Shown piece after piece: positions 49,542 through 62,058 of a DNA stretch of 64,000 nucleotides; the stretch's first letter is position 1, and every line of letters starts with the position of its first letter. The stretch lies in NCBI GenBank assembly GCA_976551045.1, contig CDPCPM010000007.1, positions 13,640,001 through 13,704,000 of the forward strand, in the 5' to 3' direction. A model generated the notes under the pieces. The model was not told the origin of the DNA and made no database searches. It worked only from the letters and a program-made list of their open reading frames with translations. Both the position numbers and the translations under genes were made by a program. The stretch comes from Glaucostegus cemiculus. Taxonomy: Eukaryota.

Positions 49542-50159
49542 GTGAGTACTCAACCTTAACTAACTAAAATGATCCACGTTTTGTTCATTGACAATTTGAT
49601 TTGGAATGTACAGTTTTTATTGGGTGATTAAATAGAACCTTAGTGCATCCTACAGTTATAATGCCATCAAATAAACAATGATTTCCTGACAGCATCATAA
49701 ATTGTAGTTCAAATTGAGGTAATTTAAACTTTTCAGTTCTCCCATCACTCTTTCTTATTTGCACTGCTCTTTCACCAGATCATATTTTTTTCCATTTTTA
49801 TTAGATCTCTTTAAACGCGATTACGCGATAAGATTCAGTTGATACTTGATAATATATTCCATATCCTTTAAGTTGAAAACTTTTCTCCTACTTCTTTCAA
49901 TCTACTTAATAAATAATTTAAATTTGGCACCAATTTATCAGATAAAATAAATAACAGTACTTTTTTAAAATATATAATTTTGATAATTTTATTGCTCTCT
50001 TCTTAAAACACTGCTTCATTGACTGATTTGTTGATCTTTTGCTTAAACATTTTCCGTGGCGAATTACATGCTCCATTATTGACTGGACCCCATAGCATTT
50101 TTTAATTCGTTCTGTCATATTAAGAGCCATTTCTTTGCATCTTTGAAATGGTCCATTGT

Positions 50160-50402
50160 GCGCTGTTCTGGCTGTCATGCTATAGGAAGGATGCAATTAA
50201 ACTAGAGAGCATGCAGAAAAGATTTTCCACAGGAATGTTGCCTGGTTTGAAGAGCTTGAGTTACAATTGGATAGACTGGGACTGTCTTTCCTGGAGCAAA
50301 CAAAGTTGAGTGATGACAAGTGGGATTAGCATAGATAGCCATCCTGGTCAGCATGGACAAGTTGGGCTGAAGGGCCTGTTTCGTGCTGTATGGCTCTATG
50401 AA
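50160..50402 (+). mobile_element. CR1 3' fragment, internally deleted
   Basis: tataggaaggatgcaattaaactagagag.. and tail gggctgaagggcctgtttc..ctctatg. Confidence 0.7.
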
Positions 50403-51423
50403 TTTATGCTCCCGAACTGGAAAACTATCCTGAAAACTCCTCATCCAGTTTTCCTGTGCCATCTAATTTTCCAGACAAAATGTGTATTTAAATACCCCAT
50501 GATTATCATTGTACCTTTCTACCAAACTCTCATTGCTTCTTTCTTAGTCCTATTGTGGTTACAGTTAGGTTTCCTACACTCCACTGCCACAATTGACTTC
50601 TTGTCTTTATTTTGTCTCATTTCCACCCAAACCACTTCTACATCCTGACTTCCAGAACTTCAGTCCTCCCTATCTTTGCACGCATGTGATCATTAATCAA
50701 CAGAATTACTCCTTCACCTTTTCCTAACATTCTTTTCTTCTAAATGTCATATATCTTGAATATTAATGTCCCAATCTATGTTGTTTTACAGCCATGTTTC
50801 CATAAAGAGATCAGAACATATTTATTTTTATTTGTGTTCTTAGTTCATTTGTATTGTTTTGAATGCTACAGAGCCTGTAGTTTTACCTTCTTTTATCATT
50901 TTTATAACCTCTGCCATATTTGCTGATTTACTCTTAGAATTGTACTCAGTATTCATTCCTGTCACACTCTGTTTATAATTTTCCATATTAATAACTTTTT
51001 CTCTAGCCTTGTCTCCACTCTTTGATTTACCACATCTTCCCAATTTTGATACCTGGATCCTTTGCCTCTGCAATTTAATTTCTATAAATGGTATGGAACT
51101 TAAAGATACCTAATGATTAAATGTGGAAATTGATAATGTCCTTCATGGTTCACATGAGTATGTGTTAATAGAAGGCTTAAAATATCTGTTGTGTTTACAG
51201 ACTATCAGCAGGCTTCCATATGACTCAATAGAACACTGATCCCAGCACAATTCAAGTCAGCTGGAATGTTCTTGTTTTCACAATGATAATTATATAGTTA
51301 AGTGTAGATTAAGATTTTGTATCATAAAAATACTGTTACCCCTCCATGTACAGTACTGCAAGTTTTCAATTGCAATATATGTTGGATTAAAACAAAAGCA
51401 CATTGTCTTTCCTTCTATGTAAG

Positions 51424-51534
51424 GCTGTACAAACATACCACAGTGATCCTGTAATGCGAAGACTTCTAAATCAACTGTATTTCTACATCATGCCTGTTTT
51501 TAATGTAGATGGGTACCATTATAGCTGGACAACG
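51424..51534 (+). CDS. CPA6: CPA6 exon 7
   Basis: taag|[37 protein letters not shown]|gtaagt; PVxNVDGY motif; 111 nt. Confidence 0.94.
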
Positions 51535-51874
51535 GTAAGTGAATCATTTGATTTTGTTGTTAATATAGTCATCTAAAGATCAATTCAAATTTCTCTTTTT
51601 TATGTCTTCTTTATTAGAGCAGTTTGAATTCTTGCTTTCCATATCTAGTGAATTAATTAGTGTAGTTGAAGGGCCAGTAAAATTGTTTCTCTTTGTTTGA
51701 CCATCTTTTAAAGAAAAATTGTCTATGGTTGTACCTAGAAAAAAATTCCATTGCTCTGCATTTTCAAATGCTCTTTTGATTTATCAAGCAAAGCAATTAG
51801 AGCAGAAAAGTTATTTAAAAGGTTGAATTAATCAATGTAATTTTAAACATGTACACTTTTTGCATTATATTTAG

Positions 51875-51965
51875 GATCGATTCTGGAGAAAAACACGTTC
51901 TAACACTACTTATTTCAATTGCCATGGTGTTGATGCCAATCGTAATTGGAAGATCAAATGGTGCA
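51875..51965 (+). CDS. CPA6: CPA6 exon 8
   Basis: ttag|[31 protein letters not shown]|gtaagt; RxWRKxR and GVDxNRN substrate-binding motifs; 91 nt. Confidence 0.96.
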
Positions 51966-52289
51966 GTAAGTTCAGACATGAAAACTTATTTATTTTTCTT
52001 GATAATAAAGGCAATAAGAATTCCAGTAATCCCCTTGGCATTCTAATATAATGGTAATTTAAAGCAAGATTAAATCATTGATCCATCTTCCCTGCTTGTT
52101 CCATTTCCCATTTGTTGCCTTGGTGCTTTGAATACTGATGATGGTGTTTTGTTGAGATGAAATTGTTTAATCCTTTGTTAAACCCCATCATTGTTGCTTG
52201 TTCCACCACACTTATGGGTAGTCTTTTACAACAAGAGATGTAAATGAAAGCATACCCCGAGCTTTCTATTTTTTTTCTAATTGTTAATA

Positions 52290-52550
52290 CAGGCAACTCC
52301 TGCATTATCGGGGGTTTACATTCCTAGATAAGAGGCCATTTTGTGATTTTCCATAACGTGAAGCCGCGTCATCTGCGCACATGTCAAGAAATGCCAGTTG
52401 AAATAAAATAAAATTTATGTTGAATTATTTACTTCACATAATTTCTGTGAGTAAATTTTATTCCATATCTCAAAATTGTGGGTAGTGATCTGTGAGTTCT
52501 GTTAGAGTGAATTTCCGTAATCTGGATGGCTGTAACGTGGGATTCGCCTA
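52290..52550. mobile_element. Tigger/pogo-type MITE
   Basis: TA-CAGGCAACTCCTGCATTAT ... GTAACGTGGGATTCGCCTA-TA; imperfect TIRs differing mostly by transitions; TA on both sides. Confidence 0.55.
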
Positions 52551-53602
52551 TACAGTCCAGTTGTCCTTGAATTGCTGTTGGAAAGAATCTAGCTGAGAGT
52601 TCAGTCTCCTCATAGTCTTAATTTTTTTTTTGAAACTTGTACTGCTGTACTTACTTCAGGAGAGGGAAGAGGACTAACATCACCTTCTAGCTCTGTGGGT
52701 TAGTCTCCAAAATTAACAAAGAGCCTTTGGAGGAGAGCTTAATTTTCAGAACACTTGAAAGAAGGGGTTTGTTAAAGATCTTGCCAAATTTAACAGCGGG
52801 ACATGTTTAACATTTTTGCCTTTATTTTCACGATCATAACTAAGCAAACTGAGGCCTTTGATGCCAACCTACTACCTTGGAGCATCATGCAGGGGAGAGA
52901 TATCAAGGCCAGGGTGATGGAGTTTGATGGTTATGGGGGAAAGCAGAGAATGGAGAGAGGGAAGATGGGGCAGTAAATTGGAGTGTCCATTCAGGAGCTT
53001 TGGAAACCAAGGGAACTGTTGTGGGGCTGGAAGCTTGGAGAAAGGAAGGGAGTTTTGTGGGGTTGAGGTGCTTGGCTCAGTGGGGAGAGATGTGTATATC
53101 ATAGCCTGGGGGAATTGGGGGAGATAAGAGCCTGAAGAATTAGGGGATATTAGTTAGGGGATAATTGGGTTATTTTTCAGGATGGAGATTGGGAAATTAG
53201 GTGCCAGGGATGTGATGGCTAGGAAAGAGATCAGAGGCCAAGAAGTGGGAATAGTTGATGGTGGTAGGAGGTTTCAGGGATGAGTCATGAGGGAGAACAG
53301 GGAGTGCGGGGAGAGAAAAATCAGGGGAGCTGGTCTAGTAATGATTGGACTCCCTGTATGGTTGTGAATGGAGAGAGTTCAGGAGTACGGGATGGTGATA
53401 GGGTCCAGGGAAAGAGGTCAATAACCATTATCGGGGAGCTCATAGTGGAGCAGTGAAAAGATGGGATGCTGCAACCAGATCAGTGTTGTAGGAGGATATA
53501 GGAGAGAGAAGTTGGAGAGACCAGGTTGACATGGTGGCTAGGAAGTCTGTGTAGATCTAGGAAAGAGAGCAGGTCATTTGTTGGGGCATTGAGAGGGATG
53601 GA

Positions 53603-54450
53603 AGTCATAGGGTCTTACAGCATGGAAATCGGCCCTTCGGTCCAACTGGTCCATGCCAACCAAGAGTCCTATCTAAGCTAGTTCCATTTGCCCGTGTTTG
53701 GCCCACATCCCTCTGAACCTTCCCTATCCGTGTACCTGTCCAAATACCTTTTAAATATTGTTAATGTACTGGCCTCAACCCCTTCCACTGGTGGTTCATT
53801 TCATATACTGACTGCCCTCTGGATGAAAATGTTGCTCCTCAGGTTCCTATTAAATTTCTCCTCTCTCACCATAAACCCGTGCTCTCTAGTTCTTGTTTCC
53901 ACAGCCCTGGGAAAACGACTGTGTGCATTGACCCAATCTATGCCCCTCAGTATTTTGTACACCTATATAAGATCACACCTCATTCGTCCGTGCTTCATTG
54001 AAAAAAGTCCCAAGCTGCTCAACCTCTCTCCGTGACTCAGTCCCTCAAGTCCCAACAATATCCTTATAAATCTCCTCTGCACTCTTTCCGTTTTAATGAC
54101 ATCTTTCCTATAGCAGGGCAACTGAAACTGAAAACACTACTCAAAATGCAGCCTTATCAGCGTCTTGTACAACTGCAACATAACGTTACAACTTCTATAC
54201 TCAGTGCCCCGACTGATAAAGACCAACATGCCAAAAGATGCCTTCACCACCCTGTCTATCTGTGATGCCACTTTCAGGGAACCATGTACTTGTATTCCTA
54301 GAGGTCCCTCTGTTATACAACACTCCCAGGGCCCTACCATTGACTGTGAATGTCCTACCCTGATTTGACTTTCCAAAACGCAACACCTCGCACTTATCAG
54401 AATTAATTTCCATTTGCCATTCCTCCACTTACTTACCCAGCTGATCAAAT
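53603..54450 (-). mobile_element. 5'-truncated CR1 LINE
   Basis: EEWQMEINSDKCEVLRFG; VMLQLYKTLIRLHFE; 3' tail at ~53605. Confidence 0.88.
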
Positions 54451-55189
54451 GCTGCTGTAAATCTAAAGGTGAAACAGGTTAACTTGGTTGGCTGGGAGAA
54501 AGCATACCTGCTCCTCCTGGCCCAGAGACAATGTTGGAAAAGTTCTTTAGGACTGGCTCTAGCAATCTAGCTGCAGAAACCAGTGGGTTGTTTGAGGTAA
54601 AACATTAAGCATTAATTGAATGAACCATATCATGGGGTCTTAGTCCTAGCACTCACCCCCCCTCACCCTATCCCACCTCAGCCTAATCTATAAATGGATG
54701 TTTTTGAGATTGGGTTTAATTTTGATATTTTTATTATTTTAACATCCCACCTGAACCAAACCCACCTGTTTTGGTTTGTTAAAATCAACCCCATAATTCT
54801 ACAATTAATCTAACTGTCTTTGTTTGCATCTCCCCAATTTGAAAGACAGAATTAAGAGTGCACACTGAAATCCATAAGCGATACTTAAGTTACATTTATT
54901 GATTTTAAAATTCTAGATTCCTAGCTGTGTATCCCGATATCCTGCTCAGCCTCCTCACTGTCTGTTAACACAACTGATATTCTTAAGCTTCTAATAACAA
55001 ATCCTCAGACCATTTTGCTGCATGAGAACTATAAACACATTATTAACTTCCACATGTATAGGTACCATGGAATTCCAGATTCTTTATAGAAAATGAAGAA
55101 AGTCCCACAGTCCTTCACTGTGAAACACCACTAAATAGTGACCACACAAATATAACCAGATTGCTCATTCAAAATGCAAAAATTGCACT

Positions 55190-56145
55190 TCGGAAATCTG
55201 AAAATAGAAATGCTGGAAAAGCTCAGGAAATCAGACAGCATTTAAGTGTTTCAGTTGATAACCTTTCATTAAAAGTTAGAAATCAAGCATGTTTTAAAAT
55301 TCAGACAAGGGGGAAGGTGGAGAGAAAACTGGGAATATTGAGAGACATAAGTGGTAATACTACTTGAGGGAGGGTAGTAAAGACTTGTTAACGACAGATA
55401 ATTTGTCTGAACATAGTACAAAGAAACAAATGAAAACAGAGAAGCTGTAGGAAAATAAAGTGGAAAAAATTCTGAAATTCTTAGGTACACCCTGAAGAAG
55501 CAAACCGCTGCAGAAGTGAGAAATCTTACTGAGAAGAGAGTGGTGGAAATACTCAGCAGATCAGGCATCATTTGCAGAGAGAGAAACAAAGTCAGCATTT
55601 CAGTTGATGATCTTTCATCAGCACTGTCCAGTTCTGATACAGATTTGAAAAGGGCATTTGTCCAAAATTGTTGGTGATATTTCCTGAAGGCTGTAATATG
55701 CCAAGAAGATGAAAAATGCTTGGTCTCAAGCTTTTGTTGGGCTTCATTGGAACAAGTTAAGAGGCTGAAGAGAGAGAGAGAGATGGGAGTGGGGTGAAGA
55801 ATAAAGGGACAGGCAACTGGAAGCTCAGGGTTACTCTTGTGGACTTATTGGAAGTATTTCTGCAAAGTGGTCCCCCAATCTGCATTTGATTTCTCCGATA
55901 AAGAAAAGACCACCTACACTAAAGTCCATACACTGCATTGGAATTACTACCTCACTTAGATGAAGTGTTTGCGTTTCACGAATAGCATGAAGGGAAGAAG
56001 TAAAAGAGCAAGTGTTGTGTTTCCAGCAGATGCATAAGAATGTGCCATGACAAGAGAATTGGGTGATGCACTTCTCCCAATTTAATATACTGCATTTGGT
56101 GCTTACAAAGTTGCCTCCTTTATAGTGGTGAAATCAAATAGAGTT
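55190..56145. mobile_element. Penelope-like element remnant (GIY-YIG, direct and inverted pieces)
   Basis: Minus strand GLFFIGEIKCRLGDHFAE (55860-55915); plus strand NLIYCIWCLQSCLLYSGEIK (56078-56140); terminal repeats at ~55.2 and 55.55 kb. Confidence 0.6.
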
Positions 56146-56399
56146 TTTTTTTAACTGAATTGGTAATTGAGGGAAATAAAGTGGCACAATCTGTTTCTCA
56201 CTGTTCTGCCATTAGCTCAAATTGGATTTTTTGTTATCTCCAAGCAGAAAAGCACAAGGGTTGTTGTGAGGAAAGGAACATGGAAAAAGAAAGAGCACAG
56301 AGTGAAGTTATTTGAAGTTGTAAATTAGAAGAGATTGTTGGATGATGAAAGCTATGAGGAGGAGGATGAAGTGCCGTTTACCATCATCCTCTTTGGTTC

Positions 56400-56720
56400 A
56401 TGGCCTGACACCAGGCATTGATTTTTTTTTAATGACCGTTGGAATTTTGCTGAGTCCAGTCTCCTTCAAGAATATAAAGTGATGCAACTCTTCCTGTGTC
56501 TAACTGCCATTATGCTCTGCAAGAGAGAAGGAAACATGTCAATTAAGTTCAGGTAATGTGTTTGGACAATATGACTGTCATGGTGAAATTGCTGGCGGTA
56601 TGTACATGCTATTAGTTGCTGGTGTAAGGTTTGCTTCGTACGCATGGCAGCAATGAAACATGATAATATTACAAGTAGATCCTGATGGAGGAACTGTTGT
56701 GGTTAAGTTTTTGTTGGGGT
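56400..56720 (-). mobile_element. Possible decayed Harbinger transposase remnant
   Basis: The minus strand shows a frameshifted P..xHDSHI-like segment (~56565-56600); otherwise unrecognisable. Confidence 0.22.
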
Positions 56721-57505
56721 AGGGGGTCAGTGTAAAGCACTGAGCAGTCTCTGAAATTAAGAATGTGATTGGTAGAATATGGCATTAAATGATACATTAA
56801 TAAACCTTGACCACATATATAAAATTACTGAACTTCATGCAGCACTGCCATCAAATCTCTTAGGGTTTGATGCCAGCACTGACTACAACTAACTCCTCCC
56901 ACTAACAACTCCTCATTGTTGCTGTGGATACAGGACTTCTCTCCTCATGCACCTTTGCAGCAGAAGCACAGACTAGCTTCAAGTTTTGTTGTTTGCATAT
57001 GAATTTGTGCCCCTGTTGTTGCAATAACCTGTGAACAAAGTGGTTAGTGTTGACTGTAAATTGTATTTGCTGTATTGAGCAAGCAGCAAAAATTTGGTGT
57101 GCCATCTCTATGGGGTAAAACAGGGTAAACACACAGCATGCTCTTCACACCTTTCTTTAGATTCTATCCAACTTAATCTATGGGGGTTTACAGAAGGAAA
57201 TCAATTTGGCTCATCGAATTTTTTTGTTAGACCAATCCAAAACTAATACAATTTCCCTTTTCTCCTTGCAATCTACATAAAGTTGTTTTTTTTTCTACTA
57301 CGTCTCTTGTGATAATTAAATTGATGATTCCTCCTCATTGACTCAAAATAATTGAGAGTCTTATTTACTGTTTTCAAACACAGCATATCTATCACACAGA
57401 AATGCATCTGCCACCTGCTTGCCCAACTGTTAACTTATTAGCTTTCTTGCAAACCTTTACACTCCTGTTAACTGTTTGAGAAAACTTTTTTATCATTGAC
57501 AAATT

Positions 57506-58250
57506 CACAAGATCACAAGACAAATGAGCAGGAGTAGGCCATTCAGCCCTTCGAGTCTACTCTGCCACCTCACCATGAGCTAAACTATTCTCCCATCTAG
57601 CCCCAATTCCTGGCTTTTTCCCCATATCCCTTGGTACCCTGACTAATTAGATACCTATCAATCTCCTCCTTAAACACCCCCATTGATTGGGCCTCCACGG
57701 CTGTATGTGGCAATGAATCCACGACTCTTTGGCTAAAGAAATTTCTCCTCATCTCTGTTTTAAATGGGTACCCTCTAATTCTAAGACTGTGCCCTCTTGT
57801 CCTGAACTCACCCACCAAGGGAAACAACATAGCCACATCTACTCTGTCCAGTCCTTTCGGCATTCTAAATGTTTCTATGAGGTCCCCTCTCATTCTTATA
57901 TACTCCAATGAATACAGTCCAAGAGCTGACAAACGCTCCTCATATGTAAGCCTTTGCATTCCGGGAATCATCCTCATAAATCTTCTCTGAACCCTCCCCA
58001 ACATCAGTACATCCTTAAGGGGCCCAAAACTGCACACAGTATTCCAAATGAGGTCTCACCAGTGCCCCACAGAGCCTCGTCAACACCTCCTTTTCTCTTG
58101 AAATGAATGCCAACACAGCATTCACTTTCCTTACTGCTGATCCGACCTGGTGCTTAATCTTTAGGGTATTCTGCACGAGGAACCCCAAGTCCCCTTGCAC
58201 TTACGAATTCTGAATTTTCTCCCCTTCTAGATAATAATCTGCCCTTTCTC
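57506..58250 (-). mobile_element. 5'-truncated CR1, relative of the full-length copy
   Basis: KEVLTRLCGALVRPHLEYCVQFWAP; KDVLMLGRVQRRF..; same ATCTTGTG tail (cacaagatcacaaga at 57506). Confidence 0.9.
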
Positions 58251-58752
58251 ATAAACTTTCCCATAATATAATTGCCATGATTAGATGACATTTGTATTCT
58301 TTTTGTACAGATACTGTCAGATAACAACAGTATGTAGCATTCTGCCATCTTTATCTCCCACGAAACCTGGAACCAGAAAAACAAGTGATATAAAATCCAA
58401 TAAAATGCCTCTCTCAAACCTAGCTTATACTTAAAATGATATTATGGGAATTCTGATGGTCAACAACAAAATGCTACCCTGACTTTTTCTTTCAGATGCT
58501 ATGCATTTCTGTTATCTTTAGCTTTTATTTAGATTCCTTGCTTACATACAATTTCATATTTCAGACATATGGGAGTAATTTCTAAAGTTTAATCTCATCT
58601 ACAAAAGTGAGTTATGGATCAACTACTTAAGCCTGACCTGGAGTTCCTGGCATCATTACATTACTTCTATAAGATTAATGCTTTTTAATCATTACCAGTT
58701 TTCCAATTTACTTTCCAACTTTCACTTATAAATTTTTTTTGTAACTTTTTAG

Positions 58753-58955
58753 GTGAAGGGGCTTCGCTGCATCCTTGTGCTGATACATACTGTGGACCCA
58801 TGCCAGAATCTGAGCCAGAAGTAAAGGCAGTTGCGACCTTCCTACGTAAAAACAAGAAGCAAATTAAAGCATACATTTCATTCCATTCATACTCACAAAT
58901 GCTCCTGTATCCATATTCCTATAGGGATGCAATCATTCCTAATTTTAATTGTGTG
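58753..58955 (+). CDS. CPA6: CPA6 exon 9 (third zinc ligand)
   Basis: tttag|[69 protein letters not shown]|gtaagt; His196 in SFHSY; 203 nt. Confidence 0.96.
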
Positions 58956-59717
58956 GTAAGTAGAATTAACCTAAATTGCTATTTTAATCATATTGCAAGT
59001 TAGTTCCTGTTCTTGTTCATCAAATAGTGTGCAAGAAATTAAATCTTGGTTCCCTGGTGTAATTGACCCAATGTTAAAACTTATTTGCTGATTGTATATT
59101 AAGCAATAATGATAGATATCATGTAAGTTCACTCAATGTTTATTTGATTTGCATAATGTGTTAATTTCCTCACTGAAGCTGCCTTAAAGACACCAGGAAG
59201 CAAATAGAGCTCAAAAGTTGAGCAGAACTAGGATAGCTCACCAAGCTGGTGACTGAGGAACCTTATCTGAAAGTAACAGTATAGGTTTGAATCTTTCATT
59301 TCACTGCTAAATATTTTAAAAGAATAAGGAGGGAAGGAAGGATGCCTCAACTAAGACAATTCAAGTTTGTAAAAAAATTTTAAGTCTTATTATCCAATAC
59401 AGCTTAGGTTTTGCTGTACTGTCATCTGTCTATTCCCCTGTAAAGAATAGTATTTAAGGTATTGCATCACCAATCGGACATGATTTCATACCTGGAGCCA
59501 AGCAGTAGTATATTTTCGATGCTCTTTATTGAAAAGAAGCAATTAACACACTAATATTTCACATTACTGAAGAGCCCCCAGATGCCATTAGTCTGAATAA
59601 TAGAACGGATTGTGGTCCATTGTGGAGGAGAGAAAGCTGAACTTTGTTTTGGATAATTAATAGTTAAGAAATTAGTGAAGGAGCAAAGAGAATGTTACAA
59701 TAGAACAGCCATAAATA

Positions 59718-59852
59718 GAGAAACAAAGGACTGCAGATGCTGGAATCCAGATGAAAAATATAATGATGCTGGAGGAACTCTACAGGTCAGGAAGCATCTG
59801 TGGAGAAAAGCAGGTGGTCAACGTTTCAGGTCAGGACCCTTCTTCAGAACTT
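59718..59852 (-). mobile_element. Penelope-type terminal repeat with hammerhead motif
   Basis: ctgcagatgctggaatc..gctggaggaactc..ggtcaggaagcatctgtggag; minus strand CUGAAGA..GAAACGUU at 59816-59851. Confidence 0.65.
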
Positions 59853-60454
59853 CAGCCATAAATATATGGATGAGTGCTGAGTGTCATCAGTCTATTTGAA
59901 AACCTAGCCTGTGCTTCAAGATAATGACACAAGTAATATGAAAGTAATGAAGAGGAGGTTTGAGGAATAAAACTCTGGAATACACAAATACAGTGATTAT
60001 GTACTAAACTAGTAATTCAGTCAATACAAAAGAATAATGTCAAATTGAGAAATATTCAGTAACTCTGTGGGATATTTTCAACCCTATAACCCTCATTTGG
60101 TTCATCATTGATTTTCAGGAATAAAAATACTCATCAGTTTTTACCAACTTGTGACTCCAGTCCATCCTCTGTAGTTGACTTTTAAAGGGAGAAATTTGAC
60201 TATGGTTGCTAATGCTAAACACATGCAAGAGTATCAGCAGATGATGGCATGCACTCATCTTTCCATATTCAATTCCATTATCCTCAATTATTCCATCTAT
60301 GGGTCAATGCAATAGTTGTGGAGTACTGTCTCAGTGAAGTACCAGACTTCTTGTTACCAACATCTTGAAACAAGTGGGAGAGTTGACTAGACCCTGTACA
60401 TCCATTAACAAGTGAACCTAAACATTCTATCCTCATGCTTGTATTTGTTTCATT

Positions 60455-61475
60455 GAATCAGAATCAGTTTTATTGTCACTACCATATATACATTCAGTAT
60501 GCATAGGAGCGAAATACCGTACTCCACAGATCAAGGTGCTTGTCACATTAAAAAAACAATGAGAGACACAAAGACAGAAAGACATTAACAATATTGGAAC
60601 CACAAAGTTAAATAGCGACTCGAATAAACAATCTTAAAGTGAGCGTACTGAGGCAGCAGACAATGGACATTTAAAGTGCTGGTGCATTTTTGTAAACCTA
60701 GCATCCTTTGGTGTTGGTGGGAGGGATGGAGGGATGAGGGAGTTCATGGTTCTGATAGCTTATGGGAAGAAGCTATTGCACAGTCTGGTGGTCCTTGCCT
60801 GGATGCACTGGAGCCTTCTTCCAGATGGCAAGAGTGTAAAGAGGTGGTAGGAGGGGTGAGAAGGGTCCAACATTATGTTTGTGGCCTTTCTGACACATCG
60901 GTCCTTATATATATCTGCAATAGAGGGTAGAGACCTATGATTTTCTCTGCTGCTCTCACTATTCTCTGCAGGGACTTCCATCCAGCAGCTGAGCAGCTCC
61001 CATACCAGATGGTGATGCAGTGTGTCAGGATACTCTCAATGGTCCCTCTATAAAAAGTTTTCATAATAGAAGGATGGGAGTTCACTTTCCTCAATCTCCA
61101 CAGGAAGCAGAGGCGTTTCTGGGCTTTCTTGGTGAGGGCTGTGGTGTTAATGGACCAGGTCAGGTCATCAGCGATATGCATCCCCAGGAACTTGGTGCTG
61201 CTGACTTGTTCCACCACAGACCCCTTGATGGTCAGCGGGGCATGCACACGGCGACCTTTCCTGAAATCCACTACTATCTCCTTGTTTTTTTCCACGTTCA
61301 GGGAGAGGTTGTTGTTGCTACACTGTATGGTCAGTTGCTTCACCTGTTCTCTATAGTTTGTTTCATCGTTGTTCATGACGAGACCCACCAGAGCTGGATC
61401 TGGCCATGCAGTCGTAGGTCAGCAGGGTGAACAGGAGCGGGCTGAGCACACAGTCCTGAGGGGAGCCAGTGCATG
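60455..61475 (-). mobile_element. Rex1/Babar-like LINE fragment
   Basis: GLVMNNDETNYRE..NNLSLNVEKNKEIVVDFRK..KFLGMHIADDLTW; LLPSGRRLQCIQARTTRLCNSFFP; gaatcagaatcag tail. Confidence 0.88.
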
Positions 61476-61944
61476 GTATGATAAATCCCCATTGGCACGA
61501 TAGATCCCCATTGAGGTCAATAGTTATGGAGTTGCAAATGACGAGAGGTCTTTAGCATAATCAATAAATTTCATGAAATATCATGACTTCAGTCTGAAGA
61601 AGGCCAAAGAAACTTCTTGATGATTATCAGCAAATCATTATCTCTCTCCCCCACCCTCCCATTCCTTCACCAACCTTAACCAAGTCATCACCATTTTTTT
61701 ACGTGCTCTAGGCTAAAATTACAAATAAAGTTTTAGAGTACAGATACAGATCATCTGGCTTACTATGAATGTGCTTAAGACTTCTACCACTTTACATCAT
61801 CTCGCCATATCATCATATCCTTCTATTCTTTTCTCCCTCATGTACTTAGCCGTCATCCTCAAATGTATGCATGGTATTTGCCCCAGTCACCTTGTGGAAG
61901 TAAATTTCAAATTTTCACTTGCTCATCTTTGGTGAAACAGTCCA

Positions 61945-62058
61945 CACTCAGTCCTTATGCAAGGTTTTGTCTGAAATATCGACAATTCATTTCTCACTGA
62001 GTGCCTCCAGCAGATTGTTGCTCGGATTTCCAGCATTTGCAGTCTCTTGTGTCTCTGG
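61945..62058 (+). repeat. Penelope-type terminal repeat, degenerate
   Basis: Inverted copy of the 45.1/59.7 kb motif (gatttccagcatttgcagtctcttgtgtctc) with a broken hammerhead core. Confidence 0.55.
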
